Shown: piece by piece, positions 11,159 through 24,600 of the stretch | Numbering within the stretch: position 1 is the first letter of the stretch | Layout: each line of letters starts with the position of its first letter | From: Antedon mediterranea | Taxonomy: Eukaryota; Animalia; Echinodermata | Assembly: GCF_964355755.1 (NCBI RefSeq) | Contig: NC_092672.1 | Location: 4,898,001-4,962,000, forward strand | Length of the DNA: 64,000 nt | Direction of reading: 5' to 3' | Position numbers and translations under genes: made by a program | The notes under the pieces: model-generated | What the model was told of the DNA's origin: nothing | The model's input: the letters and a program-made list of their open reading frames with translations, nothing else | The model's database searches: none

Positions 11159-14100
11159 CTACACCTTAGATTCATTATATGCTAATGATACGTACGAGTT
11201 AGTATCGCTTTCACTCTCCACTTCACCACCATCCGACTCATTTTCCGAAGTAAGATTTGAATGGATCCGTTCACTTGTGCCGCGCGGGGATGGAGGAGGT
11301 GGGTAAGAGAAGTCCATGGGAACGCTAACAACTCCTTCGACAACGATAGACGGCTTACGGTCATCTTGCGGTGGCGGTTTTTCTTCCTCATTTTCTTGTT
11401 GTTCTTTGGTTTGTTGTTGGAATTCATTTTCCATACTTCTCACTCGTATGGCCCTTCTGCGTTCTCGTAGTTCAGATATACTTGTTGTCCATTTTTTGTT
11501 CCCTTTGGCGTCTGCATATTTAGGACTAAAATGAAAATAACAACATTGCAATTAAGTTTTTATTTAAATCAATATACATGACAATATACATATTTCCGAA
11601 ATAAAAACGTGCTGAAAATAACACCATAACCAATTACCCAAAATGGTATTAGGCTATAATACATATACGGTAGGCTAATTACACCATATAATATGCCTCA
11701 ATACACAGTAACCAATACTATAACTCCTGGTTTGACACATCCTATTCAGGGGAAACGGTAGCCCTACCATTATAGTGAAAAGACAACAAGAAAATGCTTA
11801 TTTTTTGAACACTTTTAGTAAGAGGACACTTCTTGGGTCCGAAATATGTTCCTTTTAACATCTTAAAAGTATTGTCACGAGTACCACAAAAAAAATATAT
11901 AGTTTTAAAAAACCAACAAAAAATCAATTAATAAACCAACAAAAAATATAATCACAATTAAAGAAAAAAACATTAAATAATAATATAAATTGCACACCTT
12001 TGGCCAATTCACCAATCATACTTAGGCTAAGGAAAATACTAGCATTTAAACTTAATATTTTCCGTCTAAAGTGAATACCACTTAAGTAAAATCTTTAAAA
12101 TTGACGTGCTTAAAGTGTGATTGGTGAATACAGCATATAACATATAGGCCTAATATTACATACCGTATCTTGAATAGTATAAAAAGATGCTAATATTATA
12201 AATAGATATTTCCCATTTTACATTGTGGGTGAAGTTTTTAAAATAAAAAGTATATAATAAACCTGATATTGTGAAATGGGTTTTATATATTAATATTATT
12301 AATTTCGAATGTAAACCTGTATTCAGATACCTTATTCACCAGATCAGTGCTTTTGTCCCGTTTCTAAACTATGTATGTAAAGAATAGAATCATTGCTGTT
12401 ATTCGTTGCTATAATTAGCCCATAGAATTTAACTTGTATTGTATGTAATTCATTACAATAATGATGATTAAACTTCATTCCCACTTGTACAACTTGCGCA
12501 AGAATTACGTGCAGTGCGCAAAAGGACGTACAGGTAACGCAATGTGACGTCTGGATGATCCGTCCCTTGTGATTGGTCAAGTGTTGCATGTACCGTACTT
12601 TGCATATCAGTGATATTATTGCTTTATAAACCTATCTGACGAAATGAATTACATAAAAAAAAATGTTGAATTGCGACTTTGCTAGTGGGAATATCTAAAT
12701 ATTTAAAGGAACACTTAAAGATATATTGTCCCACTGAAAAAATAATTCTTAAACAATTTTTTTTTTTTTAATACGCCATTTTAATTTTACATAATCAATG
12801 GGTTTTTGGTTGAATTTAACGATTGATTTTGTCATTTTAAAAGTTTTTGGGGTTTTTTTTCTATGAAAGTGATTAACTTTATTAAAACTACAAAATAACC
12901 TATTTAAAATTCTGAATTAATTAATCTTCATTTTTTATGTTTTTGGGGGACAATACATCTTTAACAAACACATTGTGCAAAACCTTAAAAAATATCATAA
13001 GCCAGAGGGCAGTGTTGCTTATAAAGTCAAAGAAAATAGCCTAAAAACGAAATGTACTTCACAATAATTTGAAACCTACTGTAAGTCATCGATCCTATAA
13101 CGTTCACGTTTAAATAAAATGAACATTAAATTAAATACACCCTTATATGGATACGTGGTTACCAAACGTAAGTAGTCTTCTTATCCTCTATAGGCCTATA
13201 GTCGTATTATCATCATCGTCGTATTTCCTTACTTTTATCATTTTTACCACCACCATCTCACTCCTTGTTTTTCAAAATCTTAATCAACATTTCAGCACCG
13301 ATTATCATCGTCAACAACATCATCATCGTCATCATCAACCTCATCATCATCACCATCATCATCATTATTATCATCAACATCGTCATCATCATCATAATTA
13401 CTAACATTATCATATTATCATTATCATGGTTGCTGTCATCATCGCCATCATAGTTACTTTTATATAACACCTAAATCAATTCCATGGCGTGCAATAGTAC
13501 GCACTATTGAACGGTTATTCAATAGTAGGCCTCCTACTTCGCCTCGTTGGAATAAAACCTATCATCATTTATCTCATGCCATTATTTGTACAATTCCACT
13601 CATAAATATTCATTATTTGTATATATGTCATTGTTACTTACGGTTCCGTTGCCTCTTTGAAACATCGTATTATCAAATCAATGCAAATAGCACCGCCAGC
13701 CGAGAAAAGAGCTATTACAAACACTTGTACTAACAAATTAAAGATGAATAATACAATATTAGTGAGATATTGTGATTTTTGTTAAGCATATGGTTAATAA
13801 TAATTGCTATATTATTAATAACACTGCTTATACAAACCGTCAAATGATTGAACAACGGTAGTTGTCATGTAGCGCCTCAGTCGGAAAAAGCACCGCGCCG
13901 CAACACTCAAAACCCCGCATTTGAATAAGCACTCTATACACTGATGTGAGTCACCATAAGGCGTCCCGGCACTTATTTTAATCATTCATGGTAAACATAA
14001 TACCATGAATTAATAGCGATAATAAATATTAGCTTAGTAAACAAAGTTGAATCAAAGTCTTACATATTGAACACATTGGTAAATGCAAATTTAATTGTTA

Positions 14101-17100
14101 CAATGTAATTGATACAACCATTGTGTGTTTGACCAACAAAGCACTGTCTAGTTTGAAATTTAACAACACAATAACCGGCTTAAAATTTCCCTGAAATTGT
14201 ATCTTCTGAAAGCAGAGAATATACTCATAAAGACCAATTTACACAGACGAGCGGTAACGGTAATAAAAATATATTTAATTCCTTATGACCATGATTTACA
14301 CACAACGCGGAGGGGACGGGTGGTTCCCGTTCATGATAGATACAGATTTTACGTGAGACAAGCTGTAAAACGTTAAGTATGGGACAATTAAAAAAATTAT
14401 AACCAAGCCTTGATCAAAAGGCAACGCGAGGATGGGAAGGGAGTTTTGATTGGATGAACTAAAGTATAGGCCTACACACCAGCAACATCAATGTAACATT
14501 AGAACCAGTATAATTTTATTAAATATTTATTATACACAAAACTCTGTTATAAAGATATACGACTTCAAATAGAAACAGCTTATTGGTTTACTAACCGTTG
14601 GAAATGGCTATCGACGAGGACATTTAAAGTACAGTAATATGTTAAGCGTGGTTCCCACTAGCGACGCAACACAAGGACGTAACGCAACGCAAGTGAATTG
14701 ACCAATCACAAGCGATGGCTTATTCGCTTGTGATTGCTAATTGTCTATAACTTCGCTTGTCATTGATTAAAACGCTTGCGTTGCGTTTACGTCCTTGCGT
14801 TACGTTCTAGTGGGAACCAAGCTTTAGTAAAAGTTACTTCATAAAATTAGCCGTAATTTCAATCGTTTGGTAAAATATTGTATTACTTTGATCAGTGAAA
14901 TTATAAATACCCTTCGCCATAGAATAATTTTAAATCATTATATAGTCTATATTATAAATAAGTAAACACCATAGAAAAATAAATTAGATAATTTTGATTG
15001 AATGTGCCCATATATGGACATGATGATGTCATATCACTACCATATTTAAGCATAGAACTGCCATATATGGGCACATCATATTTTTTTGACACATAAAGTT
15101 TGATGGTGTAGACCAGGCTTTAGACTACGTTTACCGATGTGTTTCTCTTACAGGATGGATAAACTATTATTAATGTTATGTCTCATTTGAGACTTAAGGA
15201 GTGGAGTAGAAAGAGTCACAACTCGGCATGCACTAGGTCAGGATTGAAACCTGGACATTGGGGTTGGAAGGCAAGCACGTTAACCACCACCTACTTAGAC
15301 GGAAAAGTAATAAGTATAGTTTATAATACTTACAACTTGTATATCTACCGCATGACTCATCGGCTTCTGCTTCTAAGGCCACCTCAGACTGCGGACATTC
15401 TATTACGTTAACAGGAACGACTTCCTGGTGACATCCATGTTCGTAAATGCTGCCATTTGACAAAAACGTCTTACAGTTCTTTGGTTCCTGACCTAAAGCA
15501 ATTGGAAATGCGTATGACGAGGTTGCAGTAAAAGAGTGCAATACAGAAAAAAATCCCGAACCATTTACAAAATGCAACCCTTTGTGCGGAATCGATGCGT
15601 GTGCAAAACAATACGCAGAATTGACAGTTTCTCTGAAGAAATTGACTCTTGAAGCGTCAATCGTTGTTTGATTTATTGCGTCACAACGAGTGATAATTGT
15701 TAACAAATTCGTTAGAGTAAAATTATTAGCTTCATTAAAGGTTGTAAAAGTTGCTACATCTATATATTGTCCAATTGGTGACACGTTATTAATAGACATA
15801 TCTGTGCCTTTATTTCCGTTCTTTTTAGTTTGTGCATAGTGAAATATAGAAACTGGATAATCAGCTACAATAAATGACGTAATATTACCGTTAAGGGTAA
15901 TTTCATGGTAGTTTCCAACGTCTATTTCAACTTGATTTGTATTGCTGTTCGTCGTATTTATAATCAAACGCGTTTTATTTCTAACTACAACGCGAAAAGC
16001 GTTCCACGAGTAGTCATCATCTGAATAAGGCACAAGAATAAACTGTTTACCCCATGTTTTAAAGGGCGTTAACTGTTCTACAGTGTGGTCTATCCTGTGG
16101 TTGGGCCGTTTCGCAGCTCGGTTACCAGAAAACACAGCTATATTTCTATCAGAGGAAATAATACTCCCAGTAAGATCGGCTAGTCCTTCGAACATCAACG
16201 CTTCAAATTTATTTAAATCAAAACTAATCACCCTTCCTGCTGGGATTTCGTCATAGTCATACCTCATTGCATGTGAAACACAAACTTTTACCCTAGTGTT
16301 ATCTTCTACCGCTACCATCACAATTTGTGACGCAAGCCATGGTGACTGGGTCCCTGCTACATAACTAGTCCCCAGCGTATCCAATGGCAGAGCTAGAAAA
16401 CCACCCACTGCATTCTGGTGCGCGTCATTTAAACCAAAAACCGTAATTCTGACGTCTGATTTGATATGTACAGCGGGGAATGGAACGTCTCTCTTGGTGG
16501 ATATAACTTTAACAGGAAGCGCAACGCGTTGAAATGATTCTGGATAAACGGTGATATTTAACGTATCCACGTATTTAATGTTGATAGTGACGTTTGCGGT
16601 CATTTTTGGCGAATCGTTCGTCAATATGACAGAAGGCCCATGGGTATTGTCATAATTATTAGCAAATGCAATTAAGAATTCATGTCCCCTGGTGTCCAAT
16701 TTTGTGCCTGTAACGAAACCAATAAAACAGTGCATCCAGTGAAAGAACCCCGCCAATAATTGTTTTTTTAAAGTTTCGTGCCAATGCCTTAATGATTTTA
16801 CAGAAGTATTCATTATCTAAGTTTAACAGGTGAACCCCCAAAAAATAGAAAAATGAAGTGCAAATGCAGTACAAGAAACGTATGTGTAGTGATCTACACC
16901 TCCTTCACAATATGAACACCATGCATTGAAGCTTTGGGCTTAGGTTGATTAACCGTGACGTAAATGAAGGTATTAATTCTCTAACTAAAAATTAGAAACA
17001 CATTATTATATATTTTCTTAACATTTTTGCTGTGTCACAGAAGATTCATTTCCTATCTGTCACGGTACACAAAGTAATGTGTCTTCAATACAGCATAAAC

Positions 17101-17322
17101 TGGTCTTTTAAAAGAATAGTACTGCATGCATTGCGACTGTAATCTTCAACTAATTTTTAACTTTTGGTCCGCCCAACAACACCAAGAACGCCCCTATTCC
17201 CCTGGAGATTAAAAACTATTAAACATTACACCGCAGTCCCAATTACCATAGAACTACGTACCTGCTGAAGAAGTCGCACACAAAATCAAACAAACTAGAA
17301 AAACCAATATTGTACAATTCAT
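11159..17322 (-). CDS. IgGFc-binding (FCGBP N-terminal) domain type I membrane protein, paralog 3, ~629 aa
   Basis: Exons 17322-17262 (MNCTILVFLVCLILCATSSA), 16707-15334 (DTRGHEFLIAFANN, GFLALPLDTLGTSY, DLTGSIISSDRNIAVFSGN, DHTVEQLTPFKTWGKQF), 13729-13642 (TM LQVFVIALFSAGGAICIDLIIRCF), 11525-11159 (tail ending YVSLAYNESKV). Phases 1,1,2; 1890 nt in frame. Confidence 0.88.
12719..12960. mobile_element. Non-autonomous DNA transposon family C (TTAA-flanked, Kolobok-like termini)
   Basis: TTAA-agatatattgtccc ... ggggacaatacatct-TTAA. Related copies or ends at 24316-24650, ~35943-36160, ~42380-42472, ~44544-44845, ~48293, 57029-57573 and ~63233-63524. Confidence 0.75.
13300..13450. repeat. (CAT)n-rich microsatellite
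   Basis: Degenerate CAT/TAT triplets that generate spurious poly-H, poly-I and poly-M ORFs. Confidence 0.9.
14645..14823. mobile_element. MITE family A, copy 2
   Basis: Near-identical to 7020-7197; TTA on both sides. Confidence 0.9.
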
Positions 17323-17994
17323 GATCACAATGATGACAGCTTGGATGCTACCTAAAGTTACTTCTTAACATCGTCCGCCGATATGCAGTGGTTGTCTGAC
17401 ACCAGTAAATCCTGTTTGTATCCTGAATAGTGGTCTAATGTCGTTAAAATCATGACAAGCAACAAGTCTCCTGATGCCGCGAGAACAATGTCGATCTAGA
17501 CCGTTTATTCATATACCAGCAAATGTTTTAACTGTTTTATTCTATAGTCGATCAGACCGACTCGTCAAATAATGCCACAGTACGGCCTAATTAAAAATGA
17601 ATATGTATATATCTGACATATGGTGTTTAAGCAAATGGTTTTATTCGTGCTTGCGTATAATGGGAGTGACCTCTAGATTTTCAACAACCTGTATAAACTA
17701 TTAATATTAGGTAATTATCATTATTGGTAACGCTGGATGGAGGAAACATGTTTTCCTCGTTTTTGATGACAAAACAGTTTACGTTAACTGGCGGCGAGAC
17801 ATATAAAACATAGGTTTAATTATAAATCGATATTCATCTCCAATCACTTATATGGTATCATACGTTTTTTAATTAATGGAGATATTTCCTACGGTATATA
17901 TGATTTGTAGTGGTACGGAGGTTGGTGGTTACAATGCATAGGTCCAACTTGTCAATCTAAAGTTCCTGGTTCAAATCTAGCCTTTTTTTCTTTT

Positions 17995-18205
17995 TTTAAA
18001 CCATATTCAATGAATCCATCCAGCAATTGCTGATCATTAGGGACCCTCAGAGGTTCACAAGACAAACATATACACAAGATGCTCTACATAAACAAAGTCT
18101 TATTACAAGTCTTTGGGAGTGGAGTTGTAATCCTGACATGTGACGGGACTTGAACCCAGGACCATTGGAGTGGTAGCCAAGCATCATAACCACCAAGCCA
18201 CAACT
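17995..18205 (-). mobile_element. tRNA-derived SINE
   Basis: Reverse complement carries an A box (TGGCTTGGTGG) and B box (GGTTCAAGTCC); the body is nearly identical to 52711-52948. Confidence 0.85.
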
Positions 18206-21200
18206 TCACTAAAGCTCAGGTAACAGACAATTCTGTTAATGACATTCAATGTACTGATTCCATAAAACGTAAACATAGTTTTAATATAGTATGGCGACAT
18301 AACGGCTCGTACCACCAATATATATATTAGATAATTATCAGGATAATAAAAATAACAGAGTGAAAACACAAACTAAACATCTGTTTAAAGACATTTACTC
18401 AATATATATATATATATTCAATATACCAACAATGGAACCAAGTGATGACTTATCCAAATTAAACGATAACCAGTAACCGATGCAACTATGTCACCAGACC
18501 CAGGGTGGTGGGAATTGATTAAAGGGTATGTGGCGGGGGTTTATGATTAAACATTCTATCCCAGACAATGGCACACATTATTTTGATATATTATGTCTCA
18601 CAGTACCAATAACAAGGTAAGTTTTAACATGGGGCATACGAGGAGTACCACAACTGTATGTTGGATTCAGGATATAATAAATTGGCAGTGACCACCAAAT
18701 TGGTCTGCTTGGTACCATAATGGTACCATAAGTTGTACCATAATGGTAAAAACACTAAATAAAATAGGAAAAAATTAAAATATTATGCGATAGCTGTGTG
18801 TGTATCACCTAATACACTTAATCATAAACATAGCATATATTCACATAGTACATGAAGTTTTGGTTCAAAACAGTGCTTTTTAAACGTGTTTGTGTAAAGC
18901 GCTACATTAAAGATCCCACCTTGTAACAACACTGACATTTTCTACTAAACTGTTGTGGATGCATATATTGAGTTCAATGTAACTTCATTCACTACAAACA
19001 CGTTTCATTTAGGCTAATGTTGCAAATAAATCTAGTTACTACATTACTGAAAGACCTGTTGGAAGTTCAACATTTAAACATTATCATTTAGCCTAAGTAA
19101 TTGCATACCTGTTGTGTAATTTAACAATTACAATGTTTCATGAAATTAAATTAATCCTAATATACGAAATTACAATTACGAAAAAAAAAAACCTTATTAA
19201 ATAAAACTATTTATTGCTTTATCACATAATCATAATAATAATTACTCTTTTTAAATGATTACTTCATTTTAATAGGTTAGAGGAACAATAACCAGGTCGA
19301 TTCGGGGTAATAAGAAAAAAAGTACTTAGGTTACTAAAAAAAGATAAATTTCACTAAGATAGGTGCCTACAAGTAACCTTTATGTGTGAAGAAACGCCTA
19401 AAATTACTGAACATTTATCCAACTTAATAAACTAAATATAAATATTGATTAAACTAAACAGTGTATTATGTTATAACATGCATTATTATATAATTAATTT
19501 TTAAAACAAGCCGACCAATTTCAAACTGATAAAGAGTATAATTTATTCTTCATATCAATGTAGAGAAACACATTTTTTATTTGATACCAGAGTTAAATAA
19601 TTAACAAAATCTCATATTTTAAAGATTTACTCAACAATACTTGCATTGTTTCATTGATTAAACTATGTTCATCAAATGCTTCTTATTTTACTCAATGTGT
19701 AATCATTTATTTTCACATGTTCTGTATTTCATTTAATTTCATGTAATATCAATATTTCCCAATATGGCTAAAGTATGTACTGTAATTATTTGTCATTAAA
19801 CTCTGTCTACACTATCTTAACTATTTTAACAAGTGTGATGTGCCCAAATATGGTAGTGATATGACATCATATGTATGCGCACGTCTCATGTTTTTTTTCA
19901 AATTAGTTTGATAGTGTACACAGAGCTTAATGACAAACTATTACAGTACGTACTTTAGCCATATTGGAAAATATTTAATCCTACCTTATTTGCAATTATA
20001 ATTTTCACATGATAAAATAAAATGACTACATTATTCACTTTTCATTTTTAAGTTTGAAAAATAAAATTATCTCACAAATTAATAAAAAATAATTGACTGA
20101 TTCGTGCATAATAAAAATATACATTTTTCTTGTACTGGAGTTGTGCTATAATAAAGATGAAATTACTAATAATTAAATATTTTGATCAGCATAGGAAGAA
20201 AACACAATGAAATACTATGAACAATTAAATATAATAAAATAGTAATAAAGTAAATATAGGACATATGTACTTATATTATTTTATATTCTGGACTTTTCAA
20301 AATTCCCAAAAGTTGAAATCTTTGTCTCTTGTACTATCGCCAACAATATAGTGAGATTAATTTTACAAGTTTAAAGGTCATTTAATTAAAGGTCAAAGGT
20401 TAATATTTATTTCATTCCTAAGTTCAAGTACATTTACATAATAACTACAATTAATTTATCATTTTCTTTTAAAAAGTAATTGTTATTAATTACATTATTA
20501 GAATTTTTCATTAAATTTAGTTCTACTGTCCAGATATAAAAAAGAAAAGAATCCAACATTTCCCTATCAAAAGAACAGTGCCATCTGAGTAGTTTAGCAA
20601 ATGTGTGTAACATACATGTATTGTTAAAAACTGCAAAATGTTGTGAAAATATTAGGAAGCAATATACATTTGCATTGCAAAGTGCTGTGGCACACCATTT
20701 CAATTAAGAAACTATATTTAAATGTAATTTATTTTAAGCCATCTTCAGAATTTACAAAATATAATCATAGGCAATTATTTCTTTAATTATTCCATGTTTT
20801 AAATTTACAGTTTTCCTTCAATTTTTATTCACATATTGTGTATTTGGAAATTTGTAAGCCATGCCCACACAGAATTACATCCAGGTTAAACTATTACATA
20901 ACAATTAACTGCATTTATGTGTGAACAGGCCTTTAAGTGACATAATCTACAACTGAATAGCTTATCATCATGTAAAGTTAAATTAAATAAATATCTAAGG
21001 GAAAGGATAAACTATTAATAAATCTATATTTCTGAGAGAGTATTGAAATAAGATTTTTTTCTTTAAATAAAATTAATTCCAAGAAAAAAACTAACTTAAG
21101 CTCTGTTTACACTATCAAACTTTATGTGACAAAAAATGTGATGTGACCATTATATTGACATGATGATGTCATATTACAGTACTACCATATTTGTGCTCAT

Positions 21201-21661
21201 CACTACCATTTTTGGGCAGATCACAACTAGTTTGATAATGTAGACAGAGCTTTAGGAAAAATAGAATTCTAAACAAAAAAAAATCACTGAAATTTCATTT
21301 TTAAATTGTTAAATGAATTATTTCCTAATCGCCATGTACAATCCAACACAACATAGTGCATTAAAGAGTGAAGAAATCGGGATAACCCAAACCTATTTCA
21401 ATGCATTACATTGTCTTAGATAAATATCAACAGACCAGGAATAATTATTTTTAATTTCCGCACATTTAAAAGGTTAGGAGTTCAAAATGGAATGCCAATA
21501 AACTTTAGTCATGATTACCTTAAAGTATTATACTATAATAATTATATTGTCTTATCTTGAGAAAGATTGCCTATATTGTCGTAGGTAGTGTAGTCAACCT
21601 CTGTACATTTTCTTACAGCACTAGATCTTTGATACGGCTTTGCTTGAATCTATTTCATCCT

Positions 21662-24600
21662 TTAATTGGTCACCATACCTTTAATCTCTCCTTGGTTACG
21701 TTGCTAAAAACAAAAAAGATTATAATTATTAAATGATTTTAAAATAACTTGGTTGTTTTGTTAGAGATTCATTTTACCATAATGAAGTATAGTGATAAAC
21801 TTTCCTTGGTGATGTTAAAAACAAAACAGATTATTATCATTATTAAATTATTTCATTTATTTATTTTTTTTATTACACATTCATTTTACCAAATGAAGTA
21901 CAGTGATAAAATCTTATAAAAGAAAATAAATACTACACTAACTTCATTGAGTTCCTTTTGTGTTTGCTCCTCAATTTTTCGTATATCTTCCATTGTCAAT
22001 CCATACCATTTATCTATCCAACAAAACAGCTGGCGATGAAACACAGTGAATAACCTTCTCTCAGACTACAAGAGGAAAAAGGAAACAAATACAATAAAGA
22101 AACAGTGCACATCAGTATTAGTAGGTGTACAGCTGAACTTCATCCAAAAAAAAGTTACCCCAAATTCTATCCTCATAACATTGTACATAGTACTTGCCTT
22201 CTTCAAAATCAACATCATTCAGTAACAATAAACCACAGCATAGGTAAGTTGGACCACCCAAGGGAACACATTAATGACTAGGTTGGTGGAAAAAAAATGT
22301 CTAGTGGAACCAACCTAGAACCAGAGAGTGTCTTCAACTTTATTTGTCAATTCAGCTTTTTTTAAACAATACACAGTCTTTCTCTCATTTTATACATCAC
22401 TCTCCTCTTCTTGTTTCCTACATCACAACTTTTCCTTTGATAACCTTTATAATTTACCTTCATAATAAAGCTTTCAATTTTGTTTTGTAATCCCCACCAC
22501 TTAAAGTTCGTTGTTACTAACTTGTATGCACACATTAGAGGCTTGGAAGTTTTCTGGGGGAAAAAATTAACATTTTAAATTTGAATCCTTTAAATATGTT
22601 TAAACAAAGTCTTAAGCTCTATCTACACTACCAAAGTGTGTGTGACAAAAAAAAAGTGTGATGTGCCCAAAGATGGTAGTAATATGACATCATCGTGTCC
22701 ATTATATGGGCACATCACATTTTGTTGTCACCTAAAGTTTTATAGTGTAAACAGAGCTTAAGAGTGGCACTAATTTGCAAAGATTTGAACCATGGATTTA
22801 GGGTTGGTAAGTATGATTTGTAATTTGGTCCTTGTCTTCTTAGGAGACTATTTGACCTTACCTGCCAATCCTTTTGTAACGGACCTCTTCCTGTCTTTTC
22901 AGATTTAAACAGTGTTGGATCTTCATCTTCTTTATAATCCTAAAAAATATAAAAAATCAATTTACACAATATGTACCACCTTCTATTAAAGAGCATATTG
23001 TGCCGGGTGCAGAGGTCGTAGATACCCCTTAAAATCTGATAACACTTAAATTTCTTCTAAACCATCTTATATATAGCATAGATATGTTTATTATAATTGT
23101 TTGAATATGCTCTCTAAAGCGCGGTTCCCGCTAACGACGCAACGCAAGGACGTAACGCAACGCAAGTGAATTGACCAATCACAAGCGATGGCTTATTCGC
23201 TTGTGATTGCTAACTGTCTATAACGTCGCCTGTCATTGGTCAAAACGCTTGCGTTGCGTTTACGTCCTTGCGTTACATTCTAGTGGGAACCAAGCTTTAC
23301 ATGTGAAAGATAGGGGCAGATCAAGGTTCTTTTAAACAGGAGAGTGCTAAAATATAATACTGTACGTATAATACACCGTATGATATTATACAGTAGTCAA
23401 AAATAAAATATAAAAAAGAAGTTTCTAATGTTTCTTTAGCAAATTTATTCACTTTAAAAATGTTAGGAGCTTTTAAGCGGGGAATAATGATGATGATAAT
23501 CTGTGATACATACTCGTGCTTCAATGGGATCATTTGCAATGTCAATGTGCTCTACTATCCTCTTCTCCAGTTCCTCTTTAGTCAATTTATGAACCTACAA
23601 AACCATAAAAATACAATATAAAAAACATGGAAAAAGAACAAGAAAACATCACACGAAACCAGGCAGAGACAGGATTCCTAAAAAGCGAACTTAATCACTA
23701 TCTAGTAGGTCTCCTATTGCACTGATTGTATAAAAAACGTTTAGAATATAATTTGTATGATAATATAATAATAATTCAATAATTTTATATTTCTGTTTTT
23801 ATTGTGGTCACTTAATGATCAGTGCTTTCACTGGAACTGGATAGACAAGATTTTACAACCTCTTAAAGAGATGGCAATAAGTAATATCGTACACTTACGT
23901 TCTCCGCCTGTCCTTCATCTTCTATATGCCATGTTTCAATTCTCAAATAAAAATTATCTTTCATATAATCAGGATTCTTAAATAAAGAATGAAATTAATT
24001 AACTGTTGTGTCGCTGCAGAAAGCTGGGATTAAAACATAAAAAGTTACTTGCTGTCAAATATGTCATTAATTAATTTAATTAATTTAATTAATAAAACCT
24101 TTGCTGTACTGTATATTAATACTCACCACCAACATATACCACATTCATAAAAAAAATAAACCAAAGAAACAGTCACTCAAGATCACATAAGGATTATAAA
24201 TGTAATTTTCATCGCCCTTCACATAAAAAAATCTAATTATATTTCCTTGAGTGATAATAGAAAGCTTTCGATTTACAACATGGTTAGGTCATCGTCTGGA
24301 CCTAGAAACCATTAAAGATGTTTTGTCCCCCTGAAAAATAATTTGTAACATTTTTTTTTTAATATGCCATTTCAATTTACATAATCCACTGTCACCAAAA
24401 AATGCATCTAAACAAAATTTATTTACCTGAAAAAACTGTAATTAAAAGCAAAAAATGACCAAATTGGCTGCCAGACAATGGATTTTTGGTTGAATTTAAC
24501 CATTTTATTATGTTATTTTATAAGTGAAAACATTACTTTTTTTTTTCTTTTTTACGGAAGTGATAAACTTTATTAAAACTACAAAATAACCTATTCAAAG

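Noticed and set aside
13147-13470. His-, Met- and Ile-rich ORFs
   Set aside because: Translations of a (CAT)n microsatellite within an intron.
16708-16813. ORF-track start for paralog 3 (likewise 2728 and 7960 for paralogs 1 and 2)
   Set aside because: These are intronic or internal ATGs; phase-compatible upstream signal-peptide exons explain the true starts.
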